Assembly (NCBI GenBank): GCA_045123995.1
Contig: JBGVKY010000026.1
Span: 7,428-71,427 of the forward strand
Origin: Clostridia bacterium
Lineage (GTDB): Bacteria; Bacillota; Clostridia; CAKSNL01; HGM11501
Direction of reading: 5' to 3'
Length of the DNA: 64,000 bases
Part shown: positions 1 through 9,683 of the stretch, one piece after another
How the letters are laid out: every line of letters starts with the position of its first letter
Position numbering within the stretch: position 1 is the stretch's first letter
Position numbers and translations under genes: made by a program
The notes under the pieces: generated by a model
Seen by the model: the letters and a program-made list of their open reading frames with translations, nothing else
The model's database searches: none
What the model was told of the DNA's origin: nothing

Positions 1-464
1 GTAGCTTCAGGGAACTTGATAGGGTAAAAGAAAAATATTATCCCGAAGCAAAAGAAGTTACAAGATGGGCAACCCAGGACTGCATGACCTTAGATTCAAT
101 TCCTTATATAGGCAGATATTCAAAAGGAACAAAAGCCCTCTATGTAGCAACAGGCTTTAATAAATGGGGAGTTACATCATCTATGGTTTCAGCTATTATG
201 TTAAGTGATATGATAAAGGGAATAAAAAGTGATTTTGAAGAGCTATATACTCCAGCAAGAAACATGTTCCATCTCCAGTTGGCGGTAAATATATTGGAAT
301 CAGCGAAGGGACTTTTAACACCCACGGTACCCAGGTGTCCGCATTTAGGATGTGCACTTAAATATAACAAGGAAGAGCGTACGTGGGATTGTCCCTGCCA
401 CGGGTCGAGGTTTACCGAGGACGGAAAGCTACTTGATAATCCTGCGACTTCTGATAAAAAATAA
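1..464 (+). CDS. FAD-dependent oxidoreductase with C-terminal Rieske [2Fe-2S] domain (YhfW-like), 5'-truncated by the window edge
   Basis: Frame open from position 3; WATQDCMTLDSIPYIG and ATGFNKWGVT motifs; Rieske ligands CPHLGC and WDCPCHGSRF. Confidence 0.85.
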   Translation, partial: SFRELDRVKEKYYPEAKEVTRWATQDCMTLDSIPYIGRYSKGTKALYVATGFNKWGVTSSMVSAIMLSDMIKGIKSDFEELYTPARNMFHLQLAVNILESAKGLLTPTVPRCPHLGCALKYNKEERTWDCPCHGSRFTEDGKLLDNPATSDKK

Positions 465-466
465 AT

Positions 467-505
467 AATAAAAACGGAACAAGGGTTAATTGTTCCGTTT
501 TTTAT
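467..505 (+). terminator. Rho-independent terminator
   Basis: AAAAACGGAACAA ... TTGTTCCGTTTTTT hairpin just after the stop codon. Confidence 0.8.
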
Positions 506-566
506 TTACACAAAAAAGAATTTGTGTTATAGTGTAGATAACTTAATTTAAAGGAGGCTTAAAAAT

Positions 567-1682
567 ATGAAAAAACTCGGTTTAGGATGTATGCGATTTC
601 CGCTTTTAGATAAAAATGACCAGAAAAGCTTTGACTATCCTCAGGTTGAAAAGATGGTTGATATGTTTATGGACCACGGATTTACCTATTTTGATACAGC
701 CTATCTTTATCATAACTATGAAAGCGAAAGGCTTGTGAAAAAGGTTTTGGTTGACCGTTATCCCAGAGAAAGCTTTATTCTTGCTACGAAGATGCCTACA
801 ATGTTATTGACCAAAAAGGAGGATATGGAAAGGATTTTTTCTGAGCAGCTTGAAAAAACAGGGGCGGGATATTTTGACTACTATCTTGTTCATGCCTTAA
901 ATGAAAAATTTTACTCTCTTGCAACAGAGCTTGAAACTTTCCAATTTGTGAAAGAAAAGCTTGCAGAAAAGCTCGTAAGAAAAATGGGATTTTCATTCCA
1001 CGACGGTCCCGAACTTTTGGAAAAAATACTTACAGAGCATCCGGAGGTTTCCTTTGTTCAGCTTCAGATAAATTACTTGGATTGGGAAAGCGAAAATGTA
1101 AAATCGAGAGAGTGCTATGAGGTGGCAAGACGGCATGGCAAGGAAATTATAGTTATGGAGCCGGTTAAGGGTGGAGCGTTGGCCAATGTTCCCGCCAAGG
1201 CGAAAAAAATGTTTTTTGATAGAGATGAAAATATGTCAGTTGCTTCCTGGGCATTAAGGTTTGCGGCAAGTTTAGAGGGAGTAATTATGGTTTTAAGCGG
1301 AATGAGCAATTTGGCGCAGATGGAAGATAATATAAGCTTTATGGGAAATTTCAATCCTTTGAAAGAGGAGGAATTCAAGCTTTGCTTATCCGTGGGAGAT
1401 GTTATAAAAGCATCAGTTAATGTTCCTTGTACTTCATGCAGATACTGTGTGGAAAATTGCCCCCAAAATATTTTAATTCCCGATTATTTTTCTCTTTACA
1501 ATAAAGCCTTGGAAAAGGAAAATGTGGATTTTTCCAAAGTTAAAGACGAGTACGAAAGAACAAGTACTTCCTTTGGCAAAGCATCTGATTGTATAACATG
1601 CAGGGTATGCGAGGAAAAATGTCCTCAGAAAATAAAGATTGCAGACTTTATGAAAAATGTGAAAAATACTTTTGAGGAGTGA
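567..1682 (+). CDS. Aldo/keto reductase with C-terminal 4Fe-4S dicluster
   Basis: LGLGCMR, YFDTAYLY, MEPVKGG; CTSCRYCVENCP and CITCRVCEEKCP; AGGAGG RBS. Confidence 0.9.
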   Translation: MKKLGLGCMRFPLLDKNDQKSFDYPQVEKMVDMFMDHGFTYFDTAYLYHNYESERLVKKVLVDRYPRESFILATKMPTMLLTKKEDMERIFSEQLEKTGAGYFDYYLVHALNEKFYSLATELETFQFVKEKLAEKLVRKMGFSFHDGPELLEKILTEHPEVSFVQLQINYLDWESENVKSRECYEVARRHGKEIIVMEPVKGGALANVPAKAKKMFFDRDENMSVASWALRFAASLEGVIMVLSGMSNLAQMEDNISFMGNFNPLKEEEFKLCLSVGDVIKASVNVPCTSCRYCVENCPQNILIPDYFSLYNKALEKENVDFSKVKDEYERTSTSFGKASDCITCRVCEEKCPQKIKIADFMKNVKNTFEE

Positions 1683-1748
1683 AAAATATTGACTTTTTAT
1701 CCTTAATGTGGTACGCTTAAAAGGAAAATAAATTAAGGAGAGATTGGT

Positions 1749-3044
1749 ATGAGAGCGGCATTTTATGAAACTAATATTACACCTCCCTTGGGAGATTTTA
1801 TATGGGGATATTATAGCGAGCACTATGGTTGCGATGTGGGCGAAGATTTATATGCCAGAGCCGTAGTTTTAGAAGATGGGGGCGAAGTTGCAGCGATTGT
1901 TTGTATAGATTCGTGCACCATTCCTGAGGATATGCATGATATTGTAACGGAAAGGATTTTTAAATATACCGGAATTGAGAAAGACAGGGTTTGTATTTCC
2001 TCAAACCATACTCACAAGGGGGCTTCTATAAGCGATGCACCTGAAATAGATTGCTATGCTGATAAGGAATATAAAGACGTTTGCTACCGTCTCACTGCAG
2101 ATGCAGTTATTCTTGCTTATAAACGCCTTAAAGAGGTTTCTGTAAGCTTTGATACAGTAAAGGTTCCAGGACACACTCATAACAGACTTTCCATAGGTCT
2201 TGACGGAAAGTACTATACATGGATTTCCGATTTTGAAAAAGAGATAGAAAAGTTGGGTCCTGAAGACGATACCTATACCGTTATGACATTCAAGGACGAA
2301 AATCAAAAGCCCATTGGATGTATTTCAAGTTTTCCCTTGCATCAGGATAACACCTGTGTAACAGGTCATTACAGCGGAGATTTTACTTCGGCGTTAAGCG
2401 ACAACTTAAAGGATAAATACGGCAGGGATTTTGTGAGTGTTATGCTCCTTGGAACATGCGGAGATATAAACTGCGTTGACCATGACAGAACAAAAAACAA
2501 AGACTATACAAACTACCACAAAGTAGTAGGCAAGGACCTTGCAGAGGCGGCCATTAAAATTATCGATAATGCTGACGGCTCTGTCAAGGGCGGAATAAAG
2601 GTTATAAAGGAGCTTGTTACATTTAAAAAGAGAGTTCCTGACAAAGAGACGGCTCAAAAAGAATATGATAAGCTTATAAACAGCGACCTTCCTACCAAAC
2701 ATTTCAGAGCAAGAAACTACAAATGGTACATAGAAAACAACAAAACCGACACGGTGGACTTATATATGCAGTGCATAAAAATAGGTGATGTATGTATCCA
2801 TGTTCTTCCCGGTGAAATTTTCCTTGAAATAGGACTTGCTATTAAAGAGGGTTCTCCTTTTGAGAAATGCTTTGTTGTTGAGAATTCCAATAGCTACTTG
2901 GGTTATGTTCCTTCAAAGAGAATGTTTGATAAAGAAAAGGACATGCTCTACGAGACAGATTTGTGTTTTCACTGCTGCCTTACTCCCGATGCGGAAGATA
3001 TTTTAATCAAAAAATCCATTGAGCTTGCAGAGAAGTTAAAATGA
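1749..3044 (+). CDS. Neutral/alkaline ceramidase-like metallohydrolase of unknown substrate
   Basis: N-terminal ITPPLG..DLYARAVVL, SNHTHKG, GTCGDIN and LPGEIF..GYVP motifs typical of this family. Confidence 0.65.
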   Translation: MRAAFYETNITPPLGDFIWGYYSEHYGCDVGEDLYARAVVLEDGGEVAAIVCIDSCTIPEDMHDIVTERIFKYTGIEKDRVCISSNHTHKGASISDAPEIDCYADKEYKDVCYRLTADAVILAYKRLKEVSVSFDTVKVPGHTHNRLSIGLDGKYYTWISDFEKEIEKLGPEDDTYTVMTFKDENQKPIGCISSFPLHQDNTCVTGHYSGDFTSALSDNLKDKYGRDFVSVMLLGTCGDINCVDHDRTKNKDYTNYHKVVGKDLAEAAIKIIDNADGSVKGGIKVIKELVTFKKRVPDKETAQKEYDKLINSDLPTKHFRARNYKWYIENNKTDTVDLYMQCIKIGDVCIHVLPGEIFLEIGLAIKEGSPFEKCFVVENSNSYLGYVPSKRMFDKEKDMLYETDLCFHCCLTPDAEDILIKKSIELAEKLK

Positions 3045-3967
3045 AAGTTATAACATTAACATTAAATCCGGCATTTGATGTTCACTGCACCGGAGAGAAT
3101 TTTATTCCTTTTGCCGAAAACCTTTTTAAGGTTACCAGCCGTGATGCGGGTGGAAAGGGAATAAATGTATCTAAGGCATTAAGTTCTTTCGGAGTAAAAA
3201 CAGAAAATATTTTACTTATAGGAAAAGACAACGGGGACGAATTTTTAAATATGCTTGAAGCAGAGAATATTTCCCACAAAGAAATTTTTATAAAAGGAGC
3301 CATAAGGGAAAATATTACATTGCATAGTGGCAATAAAGAAACCAGAATAAGTTTTGAAGGGTTTCGGGCTGATGAAAAAGTTTTTCTTAAGCTTAAGGAA
3401 ATGATACTTCAGTGCATGGGTGAAAATACGGTTATAGTCATGTCAGGAAGGCTCCCTTTGGGGATTTCTTCGTCTTTAGTTACGGAGTTTCTCTCGGAAC
3501 TTAAAGATAAAGGAGCGAAGATAGTTGTTGACTCCAAATCATTTAATAAAGAGGATATATTAAAAATTAAGCCTTTTTTAATAAAACCGAATGAGGAAGA
3601 AATTTTTGAATATACCAATATTTCGGATTTGGAATACAGTTCAGTAAAGAATGCTGCGGAAGAGCTTAAAAATATGGGAATAGCCAACGTTTTGGTTTCC
3701 CTTGGTGAAAAAGGAGCTCTCTTGTGTGCTGACGAAGGCATATTTTTCGGCAATGCACCAAAGATAAAAATGATTTCTACAATCGGAGCAGGGGACAGTA
3801 TGGTTGCAGGATTTATTGCAGCAATATCAAAAGGACTCAGAAAAGAAGAAATTCTTAAAACGGCTATTGCTTCAGGCTCTGCCGCTTGCGAAAAAGAAGG
3901 AACTAATGTCCCGGGAAAAGAAGATGTAGACAGACTTATTTCTGAAATCACAATAATAAAAGGATAG
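3041..3967 (+). CDS. 1-phosphofructokinase-family (PfkB/FruK) hexose-phosphate kinase
   Basis: TLTLNPAFD, GGKGINVS, IKPNEEE, STIGAGDSMVAG; 4-nt overlap with upstream gene. Confidence 0.9.
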   Translation: MKVITLTLNPAFDVHCTGENFIPFAENLFKVTSRDAGGKGINVSKALSSFGVKTENILLIGKDNGDEFLNMLEAENISHKEIFIKGAIRENITLHSGNKETRISFEGFRADEKVFLKLKEMILQCMGENTVIVMSGRLPLGISSSLVTEFLSELKDKGAKIVVDSKSFNKEDILKIKPFLIKPNEEEIFEYTNISDLEYSSVKNAAEELKNMGIANVLVSLGEKGALLCADEGIFFGNAPKIKMISTIGAGDSMVAGFIAAISKGLRKEEILKTAIASGSAACEKEGTNVPGKEDVDRLISEITIIKG

Positions 3968-3982
3968 CTAAGCTATCCTTTT
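3958..3982. terminator. Bidirectional terminator between convergent genes
   Basis: AAAAGGATAGC-TAA-GCTATCCTTTT. Confidence 0.75.
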
Positions 3983-4595
3983 ATTTGTTTATAGATTCTT
4001 TAGAAGTATAGGGAGAAAGCTCAAGGCGTATATAAAATCCCTGGTCGTGTTTGCACACGGGACACATATCAGGAGCCTTTTTGCCGGAAATAATATTTCC
4101 GCAGTTAAGACACATCCAGTGGCAATCAATATCCGATATGAAGAGCTGATTTTTCTCCATAAGGTCAGCGTAGTATCCGAAGCGGTCGCCGTGAGCCTTT
4201 TCAATTTCTGCAATCTGATAAAATGAAGCAGCAACTACCGGGAACCCCTCTTCTTTTGCTACATCGCCAAAGCTCTTATAAACGGAGTCGTGCTCTTCAT
4301 ATTCATTGTGCTCTGCCATTCTTAAAAGCTTTATTACAGAATCTGCAATGTCAATGGGATATGTGCCGGTAATTTCGATGTTTTCTCCTGCTAAATTATG
4401 AAGATGGTTGTAAAAAACCTCTGCATGTTCCTTTTCCTGACAGGCCGTAAAATCGAAAATTGCGGAAATAACGTGTAAATTGGCAGCCTTTGCCTGGGAT
4501 GCAGCAAAGGTATAACGGTTTCTTGCCTGAGACTCTCCTGCGAAAGCCAGCATTAAGTTTTCTTTTGTTTTGGAATTATTAAATTCATTACTCAT
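3981..4595 (-). CDS. rbr: Rubrerythrin
   Basis: AFAGESQARNRY, EKEHA, EKAHG, C-terminal CLNCG..CPVC; start at ATG 4595 after AGGAGG. Confidence 0.92.
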   Translation of the reverse strand: MSNEFNNSKTKENLMLAFAGESQARNRYTFAASQAKAANLHVISAIFDFTACQEKEHAEVFYNHLHNLAGENIEITGTYPIDIADSVIKLLRMAEHNEYEEHDSVYKSFGDVAKEEGFPVVAASFYQIAEIEKAHGDRFGYYADLMEKNQLFISDIDCHWMCLNCGNIISGKKAPDMCPVCKHDQGFYIRLELSPYTSKESINK

Positions 4596-4715
4596 ATTAA
4601 AACCTCCTTTTTTATAATTATTGGCATAAATGAAATTATTATTCACTAAGAAAACTTGACAATATATTTTAATATATACTATAATATACCTAATGTTATA
4701 AGAAGGAGAAAAAAT

Positions 4716-5252
4716 ATGTATTATGTACTTTTGGCAGAGGGTTTTGAAGAAATCGAAGCCCTTACACAGACTGATGTTTTAAGAAGAGCCAATATAGAAG
4801 TTAAAAATGTCGGAGTAACGGGAATGGAAGTTACAGGCTCGCACAATATTACGGTTAAAGCTGATATAAGTATAGATGAGGCTATAAAAAACGTGCCAGA
4901 GGGAATTATTATACCTGGCGGAATTCCCGGAACACCAAATATTGCAAAATGTGACAAAGCAGTTTCCTTAATTAAAAAAGTTAACGACAATAAAGGACTT
5001 GTGGCGGCAATTTGTGCAGCCCCGTCAATACTTGGGGAACTGGGTCTTTTAGAAGGGAAAAAAGCAATTTGCTATCCCGGATTTGAAGATAAATTGAATG
5101 GTGCGAAAATCGTTAAAAAGGCTGTTGTGAAAGACGGGAATATTATAACCTCACGCGGAGCAGGAACTGCAATGGACATGGCTCTTGCGATAGCGGAATA
5201 TATAACTAAAAACCCCTCAAAGCCTTTGGCAAAATCCATGATTTATGGATAA
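4716..5252 (+). CDS. DJ-1/PfpI (YajL/ThiJ-like) glyoxalase
   Basis: GFEEIEA, IIPGG, AICAAP, ITSRGAGTA; ATG 4716 after AAGGAG. Confidence 0.9.
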   Translation: MYYVLLAEGFEEIEALTQTDVLRRANIEVKNVGVTGMEVTGSHNITVKADISIDEAIKNVPEGIIIPGGIPGTPNIAKCDKAVSLIKKVNDNKGLVAAICAAPSILGELGLLEGKKAICYPGFEDKLNGAKIVKKAVVKDGNIITSRGAGTAMDMALAIAEYITKNPSKPLAKSMIYG

Positions 5253-5796
5253 GAGGGGGATTCGTGCCTTAGGGAAGGCTTTAAGAGAAGAGGCTTTTTT
5301 ATCTCAAAAGGATTTTGAAGAAAAAATATATGATATCTTATCCGAAACCGATTTTTACAAAAAGGCAAAAAACATAATGGTTTACCTTAACATAAGAGAG
5401 GAAGCTCCCACTAAAACTCTTGCCGAAAAAATGATTTGTGACGGGAAAAAAGTTTGTGTTCCTGTAATCAATGAAAAGACACTTATGACTGCAGAAATCG
5501 GTCTTGATACGGAGTATAAAAAAGGAAAGCTGAATACCCTGGAGCCTATTAGTATACGCGAAATAAAAAAAGAAGAAATAGATATTGTTTTGGTACCGGG
5601 CTTGCTCTTTTCTGAAAAAGGACAAAGATGCGGCTACGGCGGAGGCTATTACGACCGTTTTTTAGAAAATGCAACTTCATTAAAAATAGGACTTGCCTTT
5701 GAAAAACAGGTGATAAAAAGCTTTCCTGCTGAAAAATACGATATAAAAATGGATTTTATACTAACTGAAAAAGGTTTGATAAGTTGTGAAAAATAA
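5245..5796 (+). CDS. 5-formyltetrahydrofolate cyclo-ligase
   Basis: IDIVLVPG..RCGYGGGYYDRFL, DIKMDFILTE. Confidence 0.9.
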   Translation: MDKRGIRALGKALREEAFLSQKDFEEKIYDILSETDFYKKAKNIMVYLNIREEAPTKTLAEKMICDGKKVCVPVINEKTLMTAEIGLDTEYKKGKLNTLEPISIREIKKEEIDIVLVPGLLFSEKGQRCGYGGGYYDRFLENATSLKIGLAFEKQVIKSFPAEKYDIKMDFILTEKGLISCEK

Positions 5797-6766
5797 AAAA
5801 CTGATTATTCTTTTGGCCGCCCTTATTATAATTGTGCTTTTTTTAGTAAGCGTGATTAGAGACTTTAACGGTATAGCTGGCGGAGAAATCAAGGAAATCA
5901 CCATAGATCAGGGAGAAAGCTTTTCTTCTGCTCTTGATAAACTGAAAAAAGAAAATATCATAAAGCACAAGCTTTTGTTTAAGTACTATTCTGTGAGAAA
6001 AAGTCTTGACAGAGAGATAAAAGCAGGAAACCATTTCCTTAGTGTGGGCATGGGCTATGAAAATTTGATAGAGGAACTTAAAAACGGCGGAAGTATGGAT
6101 AACACCCTGATATTCACTGTTCCCGAAGGCTATGAAATTTCGGATATCGCCAGAGAAGTGGAAAATGTATTCGGGATTTCCGCGGAGGATTTTCGGGGAG
6201 CACTTGAAAAAGACTATGATTTTCCTTTCTTAAATGATATTGGGGATAAGGAAAACTATTTAGAGGGTTATCTTTTTCCGGATTCATACGAATTTTATAA
6301 GGATGCTTCTCCTGAGGATATTATAAAAAAGATGCTGGAAGGGTTTGATAAAACCTGGACAGAAGATTTTGAAAAAAGAGCTAAAGAGCTTAATATGACG
6401 AAGGACGAGGTTATAATCCTTGCCTCAATCATCGAAAGAGAAGCAGGAAAGATAGAGGAAATGGGAAAGGTATCATCGGTTTTTCATAACAGACTTAAAA
6501 TAAACATGCCTCTGCAGTCCTGTGCAACAGTCCAGTATATATTAAAAGAAAGAAAGCCTGTTTTATCAATAGCTGATACCAAGATAGATTCGCCATATAA
6601 CACCTATCTTTACGGAGGGCTTCCCATAGGGCCTATTTCAAATCCCGGGAAAGCGGCAATAGAGGCTGCACTGTATCCCGAAAAAACAGATTATTTTTAT
6701 TTTAAGGTAAATGATTATGGAGTCACCTTATTTGCCAGAACTTTAAGCGAGCATAACTTAAAATAA
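5786..6766 (+). CDS. mltG: Endolytic transglycosylase MltG
   Basis: N-terminal TM; VPEG, LEGYLFPDSY, LASIIERE, SPYNTY..GLPIGPISNPG. Confidence 0.92.
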   Translation: MKNKKLIILLAALIIIVLFLVSVIRDFNGIAGGEIKEITIDQGESFSSALDKLKKENIIKHKLLFKYYSVRKSLDREIKAGNHFLSVGMGYENLIEELKNGGSMDNTLIFTVPEGYEISDIAREVENVFGISAEDFRGALEKDYDFPFLNDIGDKENYLEGYLFPDSYEFYKDASPEDIIKKMLEGFDKTWTEDFEKRAKELNMTKDEVIILASIIEREAGKIEEMGKVSSVFHNRLKINMPLQSCATVQYILKERKPVLSIADTKIDSPYNTYLYGGLPIGPISNPGKAAIEAALYPEKTDYFYFKVNDYGVTLFARTLSEHNLK

Positions 6767-6771
6767 TTTAA

Positions 6772-6800
6772 TCACAAAAAAATCCCTTTTACATATTATG
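6772..6800 (+). promoter_or_regulatory. Probable mother-cell (sigE/sigK-type) promoter
   Basis: AC-N16-CATATTAT upstream of the two micro-ORFs. Confidence 0.5.
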
Positions 6801-6820
6801 GTTGTGTAGGAGGGAGAGCA

Positions 6821-6970
6821 ATGCGAAAAAAAAGAAAATGCCCGCTTTTATGTTATGGTCTGGTCTTTGCTATCGGTACTATTCTGGCGTTTATCCTGCC
6901 TTTATGGTTTGTGGCGGTATTTGAGGCTATAATAATTCTTGTTTTCGGATGGATGTTGCTCTTCGGTTGA
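6821..6970 (+). CDS. 49-aa hydrophobic membrane micro-protein, missing from the ORF track
   Basis: GGAGGGAG RBS; MRKKRKCPLLCYGLVFAIGTILAFILPLWFVAVFEAIIILVFGWMLLFG*; directly upstream of the spoVM-like ORF. Confidence 0.8.
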   Translation: MRKKRKCPLLCYGLVFAIGTILAFILPLWFVAVFEAIIILVFGWMLLFG

Positions 6971-6986
6971 ATTTGGGAGGTATTTT

Positions 6987-7055
6987 ATGAAAGTTGTAGT
7001 AATTAAACCGTCAAAATTCGTGAGCACAATACTTAAGAAAGCATTTAAGATTTAA
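6987..7055 (+). CDS. spoVM: SpoVM-like amphipathic sporulation peptide (22 aa), missing from the ORF track
   Basis: GGGAGG RBS; MKVVVIKPSKFVSTILKKAFKI* resembles B. subtilis MKFYTIKLPKFLGGIV; followed by a terminator. Confidence 0.78.
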   Translation: MKVVVIKPSKFVSTILKKAFKI

Positions 7056-7056
7056 T

Positions 7057-7095
7057 AAAAAGGATGGAAACCTTCATTGGTTTCCATCCTTTTTA
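7057..7095. terminator. Bidirectional terminator
   Basis: AAAAAGGATGGAAACC ... GGTTTCCATCCTTTTT. Confidence 0.85.
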
Positions 7096-7641
7096 TTAAA
7101 GTAAATCCTTATTGTAGGAAGCCCGCTCTCCTCCGATAAATTTCGGGCGTGTACGTGCGGCAGTAACAAAAGCTTTTCCAATATAATTATTGGTAAGTCT
7201 TAAGGGAACCGCAACTTTTTTAAGATGCATGCCGATAAGTGTGGAGCCTATATCAATACCTGCATCAGCCTTTATCTCTTCTAAGACTACGGGGGAAGAA
7301 AGATTTTCATATGCACAGGACGCAAGAGAACCTCCTGCCTTGGGCTTTGGAACAACATTTACAGTTTCAAGGAAGGGGACAGCTGCTTTTTCCGTTACAA
7401 TAGCTCTATTTAAATGTTCGCAGCACTGGAAAGCGAGATAAAATTCCTTTGATGCAGCAAATTCACTAAAGGCTTTATAAATTTCCCCGGCTATATCGGG
7501 ATTTGAATCGGTTCCTATTTTAGAGCCTGCCACTTCGCTTGTGGAACATCCTACTACTAAGATACTGCCTTTGGAAAGGGAGGCTTTTTCGTATAATTCT
7601 CCAATTACGGCTAAAGCTTCTTTATATATTTCGTTATTCAA
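7096..7641 (-). CDS. TIGR01440/DUF436 (YwlG-like) protein
   Basis: VVGCSTSEV, FQCCEHLNRA, DIGSTLIGMHLK, RPKFIGGERA. Confidence 0.9.
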   Translation of the reverse strand: MNNEIYKEALAVIGELYEKASLSKGSILVVGCSTSEVAGSKIGTDSNPDIAGEIYKAFSEFAASKEFYLAFQCCEHLNRAIVTEKAAVPFLETVNVVPKPKAGGSLASCAYENLSSPVVLEEIKADAGIDIGSTLIGMHLKKVAVPLRLTNNYIGKAFVTAARTRPKFIGGERASYNKDLL

Positions 7642-7799
7642 AGGATTATCCCCCTTCGGCTTAAATTTTTTGTAATTATACTATCAAGGGTTTCTTTTGT
7701 CAATAGAAAAAGGGATTTTATTATCTCTTTTTTAAAAATGTGTAGACTAAAATGAAAAAAAGTGGTATATTATAGATAATTCAGGAAAGGGTGAAAGCC

Positions 7800-9683
7800 A
7801 TGAAACACGGATTTATTAAAGTTGCAACCGCTTTTAATGAAATCAAGGTTGCGGAAGTAAACTACAATGCAGAGAGAATTATTGAAAAAATTAAGGAAGC
7901 AGGAGAAAAAAAGATAAAGCTTTTAGTACTCCCCGGACTTTCTTTAACAGGTGCTTCTTTAGGGGATTTGTATTCCCAGGATACGTTGCTTTATGAAATA
8001 AAGGAAGCAATTTCTGAAATACTTTATGCAACAGAAGAAATTGAATGTATAACGGTTTTATCCCTGCCCCTAAAAGCTTTCGGAAAGCTTTTTATAGCAT
8101 CAGCGGTTATTTATAAAGGTGAAATTCTGGGCTTTGTTCCTAAAAGCCACCTTACAAAAACTGAAAAAAGAGTTTTTACCGAAGCGCTTCCCGAAATTGC
8201 CGAAGTTGAATTTGACGGGAAAGTGTATCCTTTCGGAAAGGATATTATATTTAAATGCCGCGATATGGAAAACTTTACCTTCGGCATAGAAATGGGGGAG
8301 GATTTGTTATCTCCTTTATCCCCGTCCTTGAATTTATCCCTTTCGGGAGCTCATATAATAGTAAATCCTGCAACTTTTCCTGAAGTTATCGGCATGGATG
8401 AAAAAATAAAGGATGCAGCAAAAGAAATGTCTAAAAGACTTTCTTCTGCATACATGATTGCAAATCCCGGCTTTGGCGAATCTACGGGAGATATGGTCTT
8501 TTCGGGATATTCCGTTATTTCTGAAAACGGAAAAGTGTTAAGCGAAAAAGAGGCTTTTTCAGATGGGCTTAACATAACCGAACTTGATCTTGATTATCTT
8601 GCAAAGGAAAGAATGAAAAGGGAAGACTATCCTCTTTTAATAAATGAAAACATAAAAGTGGTTTCCTTTTCTATGAAAAAGGATGATACAGCCCTCACAC
8701 GAAATATAGATAAAAATCCTTTTATTCCCGAGAATGAAAAAAAGGCAGATGAAATCTGTCAAAGAATTTTAGATATTCAGGCAGAAGGGCTTAAAAAGAG
8801 AATTCTCCACACGGGAGCAAAGTGTGTTGTTCTGGGAATCTCCGGGGGACTTGATTCATGCCTTGCACTTTTGGCAGCGGATTTGACAATGAAAAAACTC
8901 AAAAGAGAGGCAAAGGATATATTAGCTGTTACTATGCCCTGTTTCGGTACTACAAAAAGGACGAAAGGTAATGCCGAAATGCTCTGTGAGATACTTGGCA
9001 CAAGCTTTAAGACTATAGATATAAAAGAAGCTGTATTAAAGCATTTTTCCGACATAGGTCATGAGGATAATAAGTTAGATGTGGTTTATGAAAATTCTCA
9101 GGCAAGAGAAAGAACTCAGGTTTTAATGGATATGGCGAACAAGGAAAACGGCCTTTTAATAGGAACCGGTGACCTTTCTGAGCTTGCTTTGGGTTGGGCA
9201 ACCTATAACGGGGACCACATGTCGATGTATGGATTAAATGCATCGGTACCCAAGACTCTGGTGAAAAAAATTGTTTCCTACGTTGCAAAGAAAAGTGAAA
9301 ACGATGAACTTAAAAAGGTTTTAGAGGACATAGTATCAACACCAGTAAGCCCAGAGCTTATACCTTCTGATGGAAAGGAAATATCTCAGAAAACCGAAGA
9401 ACTGGTAGGGCCTTATGAACTTCACGATTTCTTTTTATACTACACCGTAAAATACGGATTTGCCACGGATAAAATAAAGAGACTTGCAGAATATGCATTT
9501 AAGGGATTATACGACGAAAAAGCCATTGACTTCTGGCATAAAACCTTTGTTAGAAGATTTTTCTCCCAGCAATTCAAACGTTCCTGCCTTCCTGAAGGGC
9601 CTAAGGTGGGAAGTGTAAATCTTTCACCCAGAGGAGAATTTTCCATGCCAAGTGATGCGTGTGCAGGACTTTGGCTTAGATAA
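7800..9683 (+). CDS. nadE: Two-domain NAD+ synthetase; nitrilase-fold glutaminase domain appears degenerate
   Basis: GISGGLDS, ENSQARERT, GTGDLSE, SQQFKRSCLP; alternative GTG start at 7791. Confidence 0.92.
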   Translation: MKHGFIKVATAFNEIKVAEVNYNAERIIEKIKEAGEKKIKLLVLPGLSLTGASLGDLYSQDTLLYEIKEAISEILYATEEIECITVLSLPLKAFGKLFIASAVIYKGEILGFVPKSHLTKTEKRVFTEALPEIAEVEFDGKVYPFGKDIIFKCRDMENFTFGIEMGEDLLSPLSPSLNLSLSGAHIIVNPATFPEVIGMDEKIKDAAKEMSKRLSSAYMIANPGFGESTGDMVFSGYSVISENGKVLSEKEAFSDGLNITELDLDYLAKERMKREDYPLLINENIKVVSFSMKKDDTALTRNIDKNPFIPENEKKADEICQRILDIQAEGLKKRILHTGAKCVVLGISGGLDSCLALLAADLTMKKLKREAKDILAVTMPCFGTTKRTKGNAEMLCEILGTSFKTIDIKEAVLKHFSDIGHEDNKLDVVYENSQARERTQVLMDMANKENGLLIGTGDLSELALGWATYNGDHMSMYGLNASVPKTLVKKIVSYVAKKSENDELKKVLEDIVSTPVSPELIPSDGKEISQKTEELVGPYELHDFFLYYTVKYGFATDKIKRLAEYAFKGLYDEKAIDFWHKTFVRRFFSQQFKRSCLPEGPKVGSVNLSPRGEFSMPSDACAGLWLR

